Source: Escherichia coli 042 (GTDB lineage Bacteria; Pseudomonadota; Gammaproteobacteria; Enterobacterales; Enterobacteriaceae). From it: a stretch of 64,000 nucleotides of DNA. A program made the translations under genes and the position numbers. Below the pieces are notes generated by a model that was not told the DNA's origin, ran no database searches, and saw nothing but the letters and a program-made list of their open reading frames with translations. The stretch lies in assembly GCF_000027125.1 (NCBI RefSeq), contig NC_017626.1. One strand, given 5' to 3'. Positions 14,683 through 29,941 of the stretch are shown piece by piece (position 1 is the stretch's first letter; every line of letters starts with the position of its first letter).

Positions 14683-15806
14683 TTCGCATAGCGCCCTTGA
14701 TTACCGCTGACGTTGATAACGCCACATTGCCTGGCGGCAAAGCCAGCGATGCTGCACAAGATTTTCTCGCGTTGTTGAGCGAAGCATTAACAGGCGAGGC
14801 AACAACCGACAAAGCGACTCCCCAGTTGCTGGTGGCAACAGATAAGCCCACGACAAAAGGCGAGCCGCTGGTCAGCGATATTGTTTCCGACGCGCACCAA
14901 GCGGATTTACTGATCCCCGTGGATGAAACACTGCCTGTCATCAACGACGAACAATCCACATCAACACCGTTACCCACCGCTCAGACGATAACGTTGGCTG
15001 CGGCGGCTGACAACAATACGGCAAAAGACGAAAAAGCGGATGATCTGAATGAAGACGTCACCGCCAGCCTGAGTGCCCTTTTTGCGATGTTGCCGGGTTT
15101 TGACAATACGCCCAAAGTGACTGATGCACCGTCAACCGTGTTACCGACAGAGAAACCAACTCTCTTCACAAAACTGACTTCTGAGCAACTCACAACAGCA
15201 CAGCCTGATGACGCCCCCAGCACACCAGCTCAGCCATTAACACCGCTGGTAGCAGAAGCCCAGAGTAAAACGGAAGTCATCAGCACGCCTTCGTCGGTGA
15301 CCGCTGCCGCCAGCCCGCTAATCACTCCACACCAGACACAGCCACTGCCCACCGTCGCCGCGCCTGTTTTGAGTGCACCGTTGGGTTCTCACGAATGGCA
15401 ACAATCATTAAGCCAGCATATTTCGCTGTTCACCCGCCAGGGGCAACAAAGTGCAGAGTTGCGTCTGCACCCGCAGGATTTAGGTGAAGTGCAAATCTCC
15501 CTCAAAGTGGATGATAACCAGGCGCAAATCCAGATGGTTTCACCGCATCAACACGTACGCGCCGCCCTGGAAGCAGCGCTTCCGGTACTGCGTACGCAGC
15601 TGGCCGAAAGTGGCATTCAGTTAGGGCAAAGCAACATCAGTGGCGAAAGCTTTAGTGGTCAGCAGCAGGCCGCTTCCCAGCAACAGCAAAGCCAACGCAC
15701 AGCAAACCATGAACCTCTGGCGGGGGAAGACGACGATACGCTTCCGGTTCCCGTCTCTTTACAAGAGCGTGTAACAGGCAACAGCGGCGTTGATATTTTC
15801 GCCTAA
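14679..15806 (+). CDS. fliK: flagellar hook-length control protein
   Basis: 375-aa Pro/Thr/Gln-rich ORF with conserved FliK C-terminal domain. Confidence 0.9.
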
Positions 15807-15910
15807 CGTCAGAGGTAGCACCGTAATCCGCGTCTTTTCCCCGCTTTGTTGCGCTCAAGACGCAGGATAATTAGCCGATAAGCAGTAGCGACACAGGAAG
15901 ACCGCAACAC

Positions 15911-16375
15911 ATGACTGATTACGCGATAAGCAAGAAAAGCAAGCGATCGCTTTGGATCCCGATTCTGGTATTCATTACCCTCGCGGCCTGTGCCAGCGCA
16001 GGTTACAGCTACTGGCATTCGCATCAGGTTGCTGCTGAAGACAAAGCGCAGCAACGCGTCGTGCCCTCCCCGGTCTTCTATGCGCTGGATACCTTTACGG
16101 TCAATCTGGGCGATGCGGATCGCGTGCTTTATATCGGCATAACCCTGCGTCTGAAAGATGAAGCTACCCGCTCGCGGCTGAGTGAGTATTTGCCGGAAGT
16201 CCGTAGCCGTTTGCTGTTACTGTTTTCGCGTCAGGATGCTGCCGTACTGGCGACAGAAGAAGGCAAGAAAAACCTGATTGCCGAGATTAAAACCACACTT
16301 TCCACCCCGCTTGTTGCCGGGCAACCGAAACAGGATGTCACCGACGTGCTGTATACCGCTTTTATTCTGCGATAA
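15911..16375 (+). CDS. fliL: flagellar basal body-associated protein
   Basis: 154-aa ORF with one N-terminal transmembrane segment; first gene of fliLMNOPQR. Confidence 0.9.
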   Translation: MTDYAISKKSKRSLWIPILVFITLAACASAGYSYWHSHQVAAEDKAQQRVVPSPVFYALDTFTVNLGDADRVLYIGITLRLKDEATRSRLSEYLPEVRSRLLLLFSRQDAAVLATEEGKKNLIAEIKTTLSTPLVAGQPKQDVTDVLYTAFILR

Positions 16376-16379
16376 CGAC

Positions 16380-17384
16380 ATGGGCGATAGTATTCTTTCT
16401 CAAGCTGAAATTGATGCGCTGTTGAATGGTGACAGCGAAGTCAAAGACGAACCGACAGCCAGTGTTAGCGGCGAAAGTGACATTCGTCCGTACGATCCGA
16501 ATACCCAACGACGGGTTGTACGCGAACGTTTGCAGGCGCTGGAAATCATTAATGAGCGCTTTGCCCGCCATTTTCGTATGGGGCTGTTCAACTTGCTGCG
16601 CCGTAGCCCGGACATTACCGTCGGGGCCATCCGCATTCAGCCGTACCATGAATTTGCCCGCAACCTGCCGGTGCCGACCAACCTGAACCTTATCCATCTG
16701 AAACCGCTGCGCGGTACTGGGCTGGTGGTGTTCTCGCCGAGTCTGGTGTTTATCGCCGTGGATAACCTGTTTGGCGGCGATGGACGCTTCCCGACCAAAG
16801 TGGAAGGTCGCGAGTTTACCCATACCGAACAGCGCGTCATCAACCGCATGTTAAAGCTGGCGCTTGAAGGCTATAGCGATGCCTGGAAGGCGATTAATCC
16901 GCTGGAAGTTGAGTACGTGCGTTCGGAAATGCAGGTGAAATTTACCAATATCACCACCTCACCAAATGACATTGTGGTTAACACGCCGTTCCATGTGGAG
17001 ATTGGCAACCTGACCGGCGAATTTAATATCTGCCTGCCATTCAGCATGATCGAGCCGCTACGGGAATTGTTGGTTAACCCGCCGCTGGAAAACTCGCGTA
17101 ATGAAGATCAGAACTGGCGCGATAACCTGGTGCGCCAGGTGCAGCATTCACAGCTGGAGCTGGTCGCCAACTTTGCCGATATATCGCTACGCCTGTCGCA
17201 AATTTTAAAACTGAAACCAGGTGACGTCCTGCCGATAGAAAAACCCGACCGCATCATCGCCCATGTTGACGGCGTCCCGGTGCTGACCAGTCAGTACGGC
17301 ACCCTCAACGGTCAGTATGCGTTACGGATAGAACATTTGATTAACCCGATTTTAAATTCTCTGAACGAGGAACAGCCCAAATGA
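16380..17384 (+). CDS. fliM: flagellar motor switch protein
   Basis: ORF track has an N-terminal extension; the ATG at 16380 gives MGDSILSQAEIDALL and a 334-aa protein. Confidence 0.95.
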   Translation: MGDSILSQAEIDALLNGDSEVKDEPTASVSGESDIRPYDPNTQRRVVRERLQALEIINERFARHFRMGLFNLLRRSPDITVGAIRIQPYHEFARNLPVPTNLNLIHLKPLRGTGLVVFSPSLVFIAVDNLFGGDGRFPTKVEGREFTHTEQRVINRMLKLALEGYSDAWKAINPLEVEYVRSEMQVKFTNITTSPNDIVVNTPFHVEIGNLTGEFNICLPFSMIEPLRELLVNPPLENSRNEDQNWRDNLVRQVQHSQLELVANFADISLRLSQILKLKPGDVLPIEKPDRIIAHVDGVPVLTSQYGTLNGQYALRIEHLINPILNSLNEEQPK

Positions 17385-17794
17385 GTGACATGAATAATCC
17401 GGCCGATGACAACAACGGCGCAATGGACGATCTGTGGGCTGAAGCGTTGAGCGAACAAAAATCAACCAGTAGCAAAAGCGCTGCCGACGCGGTGTTCCAG
17501 CAATTTGGCGGTGGTGATGTCAGCGGAACGTTGCAGGATATCGACCTGATTATGGATATTCCGGTCAAGCTGACCGTCGAACTGGGCCGTACGCGGATGA
17601 CCATCAAAGAGCTGTTGCGTCTGACGCAAGGGTCAGTCGTGGCGCTGGACGGTCTGGCGGGCGAACCGCTGGATATTCTGATCAACGGTTATTTAATCGC
17701 CCAAGGCGAAGTTGTCGTAGTCGCTGATAAATATGGCGTGCGGATCACCGATATCATTACTCCGTCTGAGCGGATGCGCCGCCTGAGCCGTTAG
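17381..17794 (+). CDS. fliN: flagellar motor switch protein
   Basis: 137-aa ORF overlapping the fliM stop. Confidence 0.95.
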   Translation: MSDMNNPADDNNGAMDDLWAEALSEQKSTSSKSAADAVFQQFGGGDVSGTLQDIDLIMDIPVKLTVELGRTRMTIKELLRLTQGSVVALDGLAGEPLDILINGYLIAQGEVVVVADKYGVRITDIITPSERMRRLSR

Positions 17795-17796
17795 TG

Positions 17797-18162
17797 ATGA
17801 ATAACCACGCTACTGTGCAATCTTCCGCGCCGGTTTCTGCTGCGCCACTGCTGCAGGTTAGCGGCGCACTCATTGCCATTATTGCCCTGATCCTCGCTGC
17901 TGCCTGGCTGGTAAAACGGCTGGGATTTGCCCCGAAACGCACTGGCGTTAACGGTCTGAAAATTAGCGCCAGTGCTTCGCTGGGCGCGCGTGAACGGGTC
18001 GTGGTGGTCGATGTGGAAGATGCACGGCTGGTGCTCGGCGTTACCGCTGGGCAAATCAATCTGCTGCATAAACTTCCCCCTTCAGCACCAACGGAAGAGA
18101 TACCGCAGACCGATTTTCAGTCGGTCATGAAAAACTTGCTTAAGCGTAGCGGGAGATCCTGA
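17797..18162 (+). CDS. fliO: flagellar biosynthesis protein
   Basis: ORF starting [10 protein letters not shown] (ATG one codon inside the track start), single transmembrane segment. Confidence 0.85.
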   Translation: MNNHATVQSSAPVSAAPLLQVSGALIAIIALILAAAWLVKRLGFAPKRTGVNGLKISASASLGARERVVVVDVEDARLVLGVTAGQINLLHKLPPSAPTEEIPQTDFQSVMKNLLKRSGRS

Positions 18163-18899
18163 TGCGTCGTTTGTTGTCTGTCGCACCTGTCCTTCTCTGG
18201 CTGATTACGCCCCTCGCCTTCGCGCAACTGCCGGGTATCACCAGCCAGCCGCTGCCTGGCGGTGGACAAAGCTGGTCGCTCCCGGTGCAGACGCTGGTGT
18301 TCATTACCTCGTTGACGTTTATTCCGGCAATTTTACTGATGATGACCAGTTTCACCCGCATCATCATTGTTTTTGGTTTATTGCGTAACGCACTGGGAAC
18401 ACCCTCCGCGCCACCTAACCAGGTATTGCTGGGGCTGGCACTGTTTTTGACCTTTTTTATTATGTCGCCGGTGATCGACAAAATTTATGTCGATGCGTAC
18501 CAGCCATTTAGCGAAGAGAAAATATCAATGCAGGAGGCGCTGGAAAAAGGGGCGCAGCCGCTGCGTGAGTTTATGCTGCGTCAGACCCGTGAGGCAGATT
18601 TAGGGTTGTTTGCCAGACTGGCGAATACCGGCCCGTTGCAGGGACCTGAAGCCGTGCCGATGCGCATTTTGCTCCCGGCTTACGTGACCAGCGAGTTGAA
18701 AACCGCATTTCAGATAGGCTTCACGATTTTCATTCCTTTTTTGATTATCGACCTGGTGATTGCCAGCGTGTTGATGGCATTGGGGATGATGATGGTTCCC
18801 CCAGCCACCATTGCTCTGCCCTTTAAACTGATGCTGTTTGTACTGGTGGATGGCTGGCAATTGCTGGTCGGTTCGCTGGCGCAGAGCTTTTACAGCTAG
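18162..18899 (+). CDS. fliP: flagellar type III export apparatus protein
   Basis: 245-aa membrane ORF with signal peptide. Confidence 0.95.
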   Translation: MRRLLSVAPVLLWLITPLAFAQLPGITSQPLPGGGQSWSLPVQTLVFITSLTFIPAILLMMTSFTRIIIVFGLLRNALGTPSAPPNQVLLGLALFLTFFIMSPVIDKIYVDAYQPFSEEKISMQEALEKGAQPLREFMLRQTREADLGLFARLANTGPLQGPEAVPMRILLPAYVTSELKTAFQIGFTIFIPFLIIDLVIASVLMALGMMMVPPATIALPFKLMLFVLVDGWQLLVGSLAQSFYS

Positions 18900-18908
18900 A
18901 GAGGCAAA

Positions 18909-19178
18909 ATGACACCTGAATCGGTCATGATGATGGGGACTGAAGCGATGAAAGTCGCGCTGGCACTGGCTGCCCCGCTGTTGCTGGTGGCGCTGGTCAC
19001 GGGTCTTATCATCAGTATTTTGCAGGCCGCCACCCAGATTAACGAAATGACGCTGTCGTTTATTCCGAAAATCATCGCCGTATTTATCGCCATTATTATT
19101 GCCGGACCGTGGATGCTCAATCTGTTGCTGGATTACGTCCGCACCTTGTTCACTAACCTGCCGTATATCATCGGGTAG
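18909..19178 (+). CDS. fliQ: flagellar type III export apparatus protein
   Basis: 89-aa membrane ORF. Confidence 0.95.
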   Translation: MTPESVMMMGTEAMKVALALAAPLLLVALVTGLIISILQAATQINEMTLSFIPKIIAVFIAIIIAGPWMLNLLLDYVRTLFTNLPYIIG

Positions 19179-19186
19179 GTCGTACA

Positions 19187-19972
19187 ATGATGCAGGTGAC
19201 AAGCGATCAATGGCTTTCCTGGTTAAGCCTGTACTTCTGGCCGTTACTGCGCGTGCTGGCGCTCATTTCTACCGCACCAATTCTGAGCGAACGCAGCGTG
19301 CCGAAACGGGTAAAACTGGGTCTGGCAATGATGATCACGTTCGCTATTGCCCCATCATTACCTGCCAACGATGTTCCTGTTTTTTCGTTCTTTGCTCTGT
19401 GGCTGGCCGTGCAGCAGATCCTGATCGGCATTGCGCTTGGTTTTACCATGCAATTTGCCTTTGCCGCTGTGCGAACCGCTGGTGAAATTATCGGTCTGCA
19501 AATGGGGCTGTCATTTGCGACGTTTGTCGATCCGGCCAGCCATCTCAATATGCCCGTTCTAGCGCGTATCATGGATATGCTGGCGTTACTGCTGTTCCTG
19601 ACATTTAACGGTCATTTATGGTTGATTTCACTGCTGGTCGATACCTTTCACACCCTGCCAATTGGTGGCGAACCGTTGAACAGCAATGCGTTTCTGGCAC
19701 TCACCAAAGCAGGGAGTTTGATTTTCCTTAACGGGCTGATGCTGGCGTTACCGCTCATTACTCTGCTGCTGACCCTGAATCTGGCATTAGGTTTACTTAA
19801 TCGTATGGCCCCGCAATTATCCATTTTTGTTATTGGATTTCCATTAACTCTGACTGTCGGTATCTCTTTAATGGCGGCATTAATGCCGTTAATTGCGCCT
19901 TTTTGCGAACATTTATTCAGTGAGATGTTTAATTTGCTGGCTGATATTATTAGTGAATTGCCATTAATATAA
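19187..19972 (+). CDS. fliR: flagellar type III export apparatus protein
   Basis: 261-aa membrane ORF ending the fliL operon. Confidence 0.95.
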   Translation: MMQVTSDQWLSWLSLYFWPLLRVLALISTAPILSERSVPKRVKLGLAMMITFAIAPSLPANDVPVFSFFALWLAVQQILIGIALGFTMQFAFAAVRTAGEIIGLQMGLSFATFVDPASHLNMPVLARIMDMLALLLFLTFNGHLWLISLLVDTFHTLPIGGEPLNSNAFLALTKAGSLIFLNGLMLALPLITLLLTLNLALGLLNRMAPQLSIFVIGFPLTLTVGISLMAALMPLIAPFCEHLFSEMFNLLADIISELPLI

Positions 19973-19997
19973 TTCCGTAACGTTTATCATGTTATCC

Positions 19998-20011
19998 TAA
20001 GGATTATCCGA
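19998..20011 (+). promoter_or_regulatory. putative RcsAB box upstream of rcsA
   Basis: TAAGGATTATCCGA resembles the RcsAB box consensus (TaAGaatatTCctA) and lies about 250 bp upstream of rcsA, which is known to be autoregulated. Confidence 0.4.
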
Positions 20012-20261
20012 AAAATAATACCTACGAACATCTTCCAGGATACTCCTGCGGCGAAATATTTGTTTTAAGCTCACTCACATATCGCAACATTTACTTTACT
20101 TTAAGACAATTCCAGGCAAATTATACAACACTTTACGGGATAGTAAGTCCGCCTGAAAAATCGCGAGAGTGGCGCATTAGGTGACCCATGTTGTTCCGTT
20201 TAGTCATGATGAAATATTCAGGTAAGGGGAATTATCGTTACGCATTGAGTGAGGGTATGCC

Positions 20262-20885
20262 ATGTCAACGATTATTATGGATTTATGTAGTTACACCCGA
20301 CTAGGTTTAACCGGGTATCTGTTGAGTAGAGGGGTTAAAAAAAGAGAAATCAACGACATTGAAACCGTTGATGACCTTGCCATAGCTTGTGATTCACAGC
20401 GCCCTTCAGTGGTGTTTATTAATGAGGACTGTTTCATCCACAATGCTTCTAACAGTCAGCGTATCAAGCTCATCATTAATCAACATCCCAATACGTTATT
20501 TATCGTTTTTATGGCAATTGCCAATGTTCATTTTGATGAATATCTATTGGTCAGAAAAAATTTATTGATCAGTTCTAAATCGATTAAACCGGAATCTCTC
20601 GACGATATCCTTGGCGATATTCTGAAAAAAGAGACAACGATAACCTCGTTTTTAAATATGCCGACGTTATCATTGAGCCGAACCGAATCGAGTATGTTGC
20701 GAATGTGGATGGCAGGTCAGGGAACCATTCAAATCTCCGACCAAATGAATATCAAAGCCAAGACCGTTTCATCGCATAAAGGTAATATTAAACGTAAGAT
20801 CAAAACGCATAATAAACAGGTTATCTACCATGTCGTCCGACTGACGGATAATGTGACTAATGGTATTTTTGTCAACATGCGCTAA
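20262..20885 (+). CDS. rcsA: LuxR-family transcriptional co-activator of capsule synthesis
   Basis: 207-aa ORF with C-terminal LuxR-type helix-turn-helix; conserved position after fliR. Confidence 0.95.
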   Translation: MSTIIMDLCSYTRLGLTGYLLSRGVKKREINDIETVDDLAIACDSQRPSVVFINEDCFIHNASNSQRIKLIINQHPNTLFIVFMAIANVHFDEYLLVRKNLLISSKSIKPESLDDILGDILKKETTITSFLNMPTLSLSRTESSMLRMWMAGQGTIQISDQMNIKAKTVSSHKGNIKRKIKTHNKQVIYHVVRLTDNVTNGIFVNMR

Positions 20886-20928
20886 CACATTCTGACTGGT
20901 GGTTTCCCACCAGTCAGGCTGAATTAGA

Positions 20929-21207
<279 letters not shown>

Positions 21208-21279
21208 CTATACTTAAAAGATGCCAGGCGGACTTAACGACTGGCGGCAACAACAGAGTAACGGTTGCGAGGAAAGATG

Positions 21280-21507
21280 ATGAAAACCGCAAAAGAGTAC
21301 AGCGATACCGCAAAACGTGAGGTCAGCGTCGATGTCGATGCCCTGCTGGCGGCGATCAATGAAATTAGCGAAAGCGAAGTTCATCGCAGCCAGAACGATT
21401 CTGAACACGTTAGCGTCGATGGACGTGAATATCATACATGGCGTGAATTGGCGGATGCCTTCGAACTGGATATTCATGACTTCAGCGTCTCTGAAGTGAA
21501 TCGTTGA
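21280..21507 (+). CDS. yodD: stress-induced small protein YodD
   Basis: 75-aa protein from the ATG giving MKTAKEYSDTAKRE... Confidence 0.85.
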   Translation: MKTAKEYSDTAKREVSVDVDALLAAINEISESEVHRSQNDSEHVSVDGREYHTWRELADAFELDIHDFSVSEVNR

Positions 21508-21520
21508 ATGCACAATAAAA

Positions 21521-21607
21521 AAATCCCGACCCTGAGGGGGTCGGGATGAAACTTGCTTAAGCAAGAAGCACTTAAAAAATTCGTTACACCAGGAAATCTG
21601 ATGTGTT
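21521..21607 (-). ncRNA. dsrA: DsrA small regulatory RNA (rpoS activator / hns repressor)
   Basis: Minus-strand sequence AACACATCAGATTTCCTGGTGTAACGAATTTTTTAAGTGCTTCTTGCTTAAGCAAGTTTCATCCCGACCCCCTCAGGGTCGGGATTT matches DsrA as I remember it, including the 3' terminator hairpin; lies between yodD and yedP. Confidence 0.9.
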
Positions 21608-21786
21608 CATCACCTTATCCGCAATTTTTTTCGCTGACAAGAAAATATTCGTGATATGAATGATTAACGCTACTTATGAATAGAAATGTGACGCGCGTCA
21701 CCCCTTGGTGGCTCTGGCGTCAACGGGATCGCTCCCGAAAAAATCATCTTTGATAATTTGTGCTGTTTTGAGAATCATCCTGGTAA

Positions 21787-24311
<2,525 letters not shown>

Positions 24312-24481
24312 CCTGACGACTCCCCACCTGCTTTTTTATGATTCTGGCATAACCCGGCGATAGCGTACCGCAAAACAGCGATAATTTTGTAATGGTGGCA
24401 TGATAAGACGCGACTATCATTCATTGCAGGCATTGGCACACCAGGCCGGATGTGATCCGGCCTGGTGTAAATGATACCCTT

Positions 24482-24664
24482 TCAAACTTCTTCCGCAGAA
24501 CGACTCCCCTCCCCCGGAACAAGCTCGGTTTCATGAAAAGCTTCCCGCTTGACCCCGTAACCGTCATACCAACGACACTCAACCATACCGCTGGAGTATC
24601 CGGTGACAATCATCCGCGGGCCGCCCTCTTTAACCGTAACTTCCTCACTAACCATAAAGCTCAT
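24482..24664 (-). CDS. yodC: small protein YodC
   Basis: 60-aa ORF (MSFMVSEEVTVKEGGPRMIVTGY...). Confidence 0.8.
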   Translation of the reverse strand: MSFMVSEEVTVKEGGPRMIVTGYSSGMVECRWYDGYGVKREAFHETELVPGEGSRSAEEV

Positions 24665-24742
24665 ACTCGCCTCCTTTTTTCGAGTGAAACTTGTTCACCT
24701 TAGTTGAAGATGGCGAATTTTGCATAATAGCCAGTGCGAGTA

Positions 24743-25660
24743 TTAATGTGCCTGACCGCGCATTTTCGCTACTGCTTTCACTCCCAGCACCACGATGCCG
24801 CCGATGATAAACCCAAGAATCAGATTTAAAACAGTCGGTAATATCATCGCCACCACTGCACTTTGCTGCCCGGCGAAATGTTCAATGGCGTGATGCAGCG
24901 GCGCAATACCATGTACCACAATCCCGCCGCCGACGAGGAACATCGCCAGCGTGCCGACAATCGATAACGCTTTCATCAACCAGGGCGCGATAATCAATAA
25001 CCCTTTACCTAATGCCTGCATCAGCGCGCTGGATTTTTCCGCCAGCCAATACCCCAGGTCATCAATCTTAACGATAACCCCTACCAGACCGTAGACGCCC
25101 ACGGTCACTACCAGCGCGATGCCTGAAAGCACCAGCACCTGATTAAGCAACGGCGCTTCTGCCACAATCCCCAGCGTGATGGCGACGATTTCCGCAGACA
25201 ATATAAAATCGGTACGAATCGCCCCTTTTATTTTGTCCTTTTCAAACTTCAGCGGATCCTGCGCCGCCAGCTTCTCCAGACGCTGCTGGCTCTGCGCCGG
25301 ATCTTCTTTATGTTTACGCGCCTCCAGCATATGCAGCACTTTCTCTACCCCTTCAAAGCAGAGAAACGCGCCGCCAATCATCAACAGTGGCGTAATCGCC
25401 CACGGGATAAACGCACTGATGATCAGCGCCAGCGGCACCAGAATCACTTTATTGATCAGCGATCCTTTCGCCACGCCCCAGACCACGGGAAGTTCCCGGT
25501 TGGCCCGCACGCCTGAAACTTGTTGCGCATTGAGCGATAAATCATCCCCTAATACACCGGCGGTTTTCTTCGCCGCCAGTTTGCCCATCACGGAGATATC
25601 GTCCAGCAGTGTGGCGATATCATCGAGCAACGTCAGTAAACTACTCCCGGCCAAAAGCAT
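24743..25660 (-). CDS. yedI: DUF808 inner membrane protein
   Basis: 305-aa polytopic membrane ORF. Confidence 0.88.
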   Translation of the reverse strand: MLLAGSSLLTLLDDIATLLDDISVMGKLAAKKTAGVLGDDLSLNAQQVSGVRANRELPVVWGVAKGSLINKVILVPLALIISAFIPWAITPLLMIGGAFLCFEGVEKVLHMLEARKHKEDPAQSQQRLEKLAAQDPLKFEKDKIKGAIRTDFILSAEIVAITLGIVAEAPLLNQVLVLSGIALVVTVGVYGLVGVIVKIDDLGYWLAEKSSALMQALGKGLLIIAPWLMKALSIVGTLAMFLVGGGIVVHGIAPLHHAIEHFAGQQSAVVAMILPTVLNLILGFIIGGIVVLGVKAVAKMRGQAH

Positions 25661-25832
25661 TCCCTCTCATTTTTATTGTTGAAGGGTGTAAGTATGAAGC
25701 AAAAACGGCAGCTCTGATACTTGCTTCATAGGTCAACATTTTTTTAACAATCAAGTGCAATTATATCTCTCGCCAGCAGAATGATTTTCACGTTTACTAT
25801 GACCCACCTTTTTATTTCCACCGTGAGGGATT

Positions 25833-26753
25833 ATGCGTTTCCGCCAGTTATTACCGCTTTTTGGCGCGCTGTTTGCGTTGTATATCATTTGGGGCTCAAC
25901 CTATTTTGTCATTCGGATTGGCGTGGAAAGCTGGCCGCCGTTAATGATGGCAGGCGTGCGATTCCTGGCAGCCGGTATTTTATTGCTGGCATTTTTGCTA
26001 CTGCGCGGACACAAGCTCCCCCCGCTACGTCCGCTGCTCAATGCCGCGCTGATTGGCCTGTTATTGCTGGCTGTCGGTAATGGCATGGTAACGGTTGCCG
26101 AACATCAAAATGTTCCTTCCGGCATCGCCGCCGTAGTGGTTGCAACCGTGCCCCTCTTTACCCTGTGCTTCAGCCGCCTGTTTGGCATTAAAACGCGCAA
26201 ACTGGAATGGGTGGGTATCGCCATTGGACTTGCCGGAATCATCATGCTCAATAGCGGTGGAAATTTAAGCGGCAATCCGTGGGGCGCGATTCTGATTTTA
26301 ATCGGCTCGATTAGCTGGGCGTTTGGCTCGGTTTATGGCTCGCGCATTACCTTACCTGTAGGGATGATGGCGGGTGCGATTGAGATGCTGGCGGCTGGCG
26401 TGGTGTTAATGATTGCGTCGATGATTGCGGGTGAAAAACTGACGGCGCTCCCTTCCCTTTCAGGCTTCCTTGCGGTCGGCTATCTGGCGCTGTTTGGTTC
26501 GATTATCGCCATCAACGCTTATATGTATTTAATCCGTAATGTCAGTCCGGCTCTCGCCACCAGCTACGCCTACGTTAACCCGGTGGTCGCGGTCTTGCTG
26601 GGTACGGGACTGGGCGGAGAAACGCTGTCGAAGATTGAATGGCTGGCGCTCGGCGTAATTGTCTTCGCGGTGGTACTGGTCACGTTGGGAAAATATCTCT
26701 TCCCGGCAAAACCCGTAGTTGCGCCAGTTATTCAGGACGCATCAAGCGAGTAA
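25833..26753 (+). CDS. yedA: EamA/DMT-family transporter
   Basis: 306-aa, roughly 10-TM ORF. Confidence 0.9.
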   Translation: MRFRQLLPLFGALFALYIIWGSTYFVIRIGVESWPPLMMAGVRFLAAGILLLAFLLLRGHKLPPLRPLLNAALIGLLLLAVGNGMVTVAEHQNVPSGIAAVVVATVPLFTLCFSRLFGIKTRKLEWVGIAIGLAGIIMLNSGGNLSGNPWGAILILIGSISWAFGSVYGSRITLPVGMMAGAIEMLAAGVVLMIASMIAGEKLTALPSLSGFLAVGYLALFGSIIAINAYMYLIRNVSPALATSYAYVNPVVAVLLGTGLGGETLSKIEWLALGVIVFAVVLVTLGKYLFPAKPVVAPVIQDASSE

Positions 26754-27212
26754 ATGAATCCCCTGCGTGTCGATCTGCGCGCTGGCACCTTCGCCGCAGA
26801 TCCACTCTTCCAGACGCTCGCTAAGCGCTTCATCCGTCAGCTTCTCGCGCCCACGTAATGCACACTCCCAGACAATCAATACGCGCCAGCCGAGTTCCTG
26901 CAAACGACTGATATCGCGGCGATCGCGTTCAACATTTTTACCTATCTTCTCCAGCCAGAACTCGGTTCGAGTCGCAGGCACTTTAAACAGATAGCAGTGA
27001 TGATGATGCCAGAAGCAGCCGTGGGTAAATATCACGCAGCGATATTCATCAACGACAAAATCCGGGCGTCCGGGCAGACTGGCGTCCTGAACGCGAAACG
27101 CCAGGCCCAGCCCGGTTAACAGACTGGCGAGGCGCTTCTCTATCGCCGTATCACGCGTGGCAATCGCCCGCATATTTTTGCTGCGAGTGGCCTTATCGTG
27201 AACGTCGGCCAT
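26742..27212 (-). CDS. vsr: very-short-patch repair endonuclease
   Basis: ORF track gives a longer frame; the ATG giving [17 protein letters not shown]... yields the 156-aa Vsr; its start overlaps the dcm 3' end as in K-12. Confidence 0.9.
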   Translation of the reverse strand: MADVHDKATRSKNMRAIATRDTAIEKRLASLLTGLGLAFRVQDASLPGRPDFVVDEYRCVIFTHGCFWHHHHCYLFKVPATRTEFWLEKIGKNVERDRRDISRLQELGWRVLIVWECALRGREKLTDEALSERLEEWICGEGASAQIDTQGIHLLA

Positions 27213-28611
27213 GTTGTGCCTCTTGCTGACGCAACGCCACCGCCTGTTTGATTTTTGGCTCAAGCAGTTTTGCCACCGCGGCAAAGACCGGCACGACCAC
27301 CGAATTACCGAACTGGCGATAGGCCTGAGTGTCCGAAACCGGAATGCGGAATTTCGCTTCTCCCGGCGCTTCAAAACCCATTAAGCGCGCGCATTCCCGA
27401 GGCGTTAACCGACGTGGACGATGTTGCTGATTCAGCGGATCGTCAAAATCTTTCTCACCCGTGGCCATATCCCAGCCGCGATCGATTAAAATTTCCGCGC
27501 CATCTTTGTAATAACGCGCAGACAACGTACGCGTGACGCTTTGCGGATTGTTCGGATAAACCATTCCATAACCGAAGCCATTACCGCGTGCCTGATGTTT
27601 TTTCGCATAACGATAGAGGTACTTCCACAGCACCGGCGTCAGGATATATTTCGCCTCGACCATCGGGTCCAGCAGCTGGGCCAGCGTCACTCGCTGCGCA
27701 GGGAAACATTCGCTGATATCACGCAGAGTAAAATCGGCTTTCAGATTCAGATCGCGACGAAAACCCACCAGCACGATGCGTTCACGGTGCTGCGGCAGAA
27801 AATGTTTGCCGTCGATGATTTTCGGATCGTCCGACCCGTTATCTTCTGCGTCGGCAACGTCATAGCCCAGTTCGTCCAGCGTCTGCATGATGATGCGGAA
27901 CGTTTTTCCCTTATCGTGACTCTTCAGGTTTTTGACATTTTCGAGCACAAACATCGCCGGACGACGCGCGTCGATAATGCGCACCACATCAAAGAACAGC
28001 GTGCCCTGGGTATCACAGGCAAAACCGTGCGCCCGCCCGAGCGAGTTCTTTTTCGATACGCCAGCCAGCGAAAATGGCTGACAAGGAAAACCGGCCAGTA
28101 ATACATCGTGTTCAGGAATGTGTTGACGAATATGTTCCGCCGCCGCCTCATCACTCACGCCGTCTTTATGGCTGAGGGTGATGTCGCGGATATCTTCATT
28201 AAAATGATGCGTCGCCGGATCGCAATAATGGTTGGCTTTATAAGTGCGAACCGCATGTTTGTTCCATTCGCTGGTAAAGACGCACTGTCCGCCAATCGAT
28301 TCAAAACCGCGACGGATGCCGCCAATTCCGGCAAATAGATCGATAAAGCGAAACGCATAATGCGGATGATGTGCCGGTGGTTTGGGTAACAACGTTTGCA
28401 GATGGGCGAACTCTTTCTCACTTAAACGGTGCCATGCCGAGTCATTCGCCAGCGCACGTTTTAAAATTGCCGCGCTCCAGTGATTCTCACCCACACCATT
28501 AAGCTGCGCCACCAGCGTTTTAACATCATAAATTTGCAGCAGTTTCTCCAGCATTGCCTGTGCGGCATTCCCGGTGCTGTATGAATCGGTTACTGATATA
28601 TTTTCCTGCAT
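27193..28611 (-). CDS. dcm: DNA cytosine-5 methyltransferase
   Basis: 472-aa ORF with C5-methyltransferase motifs ([11 protein letters not shown], catalytic PCQ). Confidence 0.95.
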   Translation of the reverse strand: MQENISVTDSYSTGNAAQAMLEKLLQIYDVKTLVAQLNGVGENHWSAAILKRALANDSAWHRLSEKEFAHLQTLLPKPPAHHPHYAFRFIDLFAGIGGIRRGFESIGGQCVFTSEWNKHAVRTYKANHYCDPATHHFNEDIRDITLSHKDGVSDEAAAEHIRQHIPEHDVLLAGFPCQPFSLAGVSKKNSLGRAHGFACDTQGTLFFDVVRIIDARRPAMFVLENVKNLKSHDKGKTFRIIMQTLDELGYDVADAEDNGSDDPKIIDGKHFLPQHRERIVLVGFRRDLNLKADFTLRDISECFPAQRVTLAQLLDPMVEAKYILTPVLWKYLYRYAKKHQARGNGFGYGMVYPNNPQSVTRTLSARYYKDGAEILIDRGWDMATGEKDFDDPLNQQHRPRRLTPRECARLMGFEAPGEAKFRIPVSDTQAYRQFGNSVVVPVFAAVAKLLEPKIKQAVALRQQEAQHGRRSR

Positions 28612-28677
28612 AGATTTAACCGGCCATCTGAGATGGCCGACAGGTTAACATAATTACAGCCATTTAGGGCCACGCGC

Positions 28678-29373
28678 TCAGCCCGCGGGTGAAAACGCAT
28701 CTATCACCTTGTGATCGACACCTTCATTCTCCCCCGCCAGTTCGGCACTGAGCTTCGCCATAAACTCGACTAAAAATTGCGCGTTGTGCTGCGCCAGCTG
28801 CTTGCCTCTTGCGGTTTGCATGGTTTGCGGTAGCTTCAGCAACTTAGTCTGGAAATGATCCAGCGCGTAGCTTTTATCATCCAGCGGGCGATGCTGTGCG
28901 AACGGATCTTCGCCATCAAACAGCGCCACGCCCAATGCCCCTGAAACAGCAAACACGCGCGCCAGGCCAATCGCACCCAGGGCTTCCAGCCGATCCGCAT
29001 CCTGGACGATTTTAGCTTCCGTTGTTAAGGGGTCGATTTGCGCGCTGAAACTGTGAGCGGCAATGGCATGACAAACGGCCTCGATTTTCTCCGCCGGAAA
29101 TTGCACGAACTCTTCACGGAGCAGGCGACGCGTCTCTTCTGCCGCCAGGATTGAAGAACGCTGCCGTTGCGGATGATTTTTCGCCAGGCTCACAATATCG
29201 TGAAAATAACAGGCGGTTAAAATCACCAGCATATCGACATCGTCATCTGCCGCCAGCTTCTGTGCCGTAGCCCAGACGCGGCGAAAATGACATACGTCAT
29301 GGGCCGCGTCCTGGTGCTGATGATGGTTTTTCAACCAGTTTTCGAACTGTGCCTGCCAGTGTTGTAAGTCCAT
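28678..29373 (-). CDS. yedJ: HD-domain phosphohydrolase
   Basis: ORF with HD motif; start taken at the internal ATG ([10 protein letters not shown]...) to give about 231 aa. Confidence 0.85.
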   Translation of the reverse strand: MDLQHWQAQFENWLKNHHQHQDAAHDVCHFRRVWATAQKLAADDDVDMLVILTACYFHDIVSLAKNHPQRQRSSILAAEETRRLLREEFVQFPAEKIEAVCHAIAAHSFSAQIDPLTTEAKIVQDADRLEALGAIGLARVFAVSGALGVALFDGEDPFAQHRPLDDKSYALDHFQTKLLKLPQTMQTARGKQLAQHNAQFLVEFMAKLSAELAGENEGVDHKVIDAFSPAG

Positions 29374-29412
29374 ACGCGCTCCGTTGCCAAAGAGTCGCAA
29401 CCTTAGCAGTTT

Positions 29413-29796
29413 TTATTCATAGCGTCTGCTACGTGCGGGACGAGGTCGGGTGTACCAGGCAATGCTGCCTAACAATGCCCCGACCAGAGCCATAAATAAA
29501 AATCCGACCAGTGCCCCTAACCACTTTCCCGCGGTAGAGCCTAAATCGCTTTCAAATCCCGACACAGGGGCATCGGGGATCCGGCTCATCACCCAGATGT
29601 AACGCGCCATTGCCCAGACAAAATAGCCACACCATGTATAGAAAGCCCACAAAGCCAGTTTGCCACCAGGACTGCGAGAGAGTCTCTCTTCCATCTTTGT
29701 CGAACCGTATTCCATTTTGAGATAACCCGGAAAATTCAGACTTAGTACTATTATGTGATAAAGGTCACATTTTTCCACATTGGATGAGCCAGTCAA
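29413..29796 (-). CDS. yedR: inner membrane protein YedR
   Basis: 127-aa ORF with two predicted transmembrane segments; the true start may be an internal GTG. Confidence 0.7.
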   Translation of the reverse strand: MTGSSNVEKCDLYHIIVLSLNFPGYLKMEYGSTKMEERLSRSPGGKLALWAFYTWCGYFVWAMARYIWVMSRIPDAPVSGFESDLGSTAGKWLGALVGFLFMALVGALLGSIAWYTRPRPARSRRYE

Positions 29797-29941
29797 GACT
29801 CAATCATTTTTTGAACAAATAGATAATTTTTGCGCAATGGCAATAATTACCGGAAAAACAGCAATAAAGATTTATTATTATCTATGGTAATGGTTTTATT
29901 AATTCACCTAAACAATATATTAGCACCGAATTCAATTATAC

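Noticed and set aside
18600-19202. 200-aa minus-strand ORF
   Set aside because: Antisense across fliP and fliQ; His/Gln/Arg-rich low-complexity translation.
26742-27374. 210-aa form of vsr
   Set aside because: The N-terminal 54 residues come from reading through the dcm 3' end in another frame; the internal ATG gives the canonical 156-aa Vsr.
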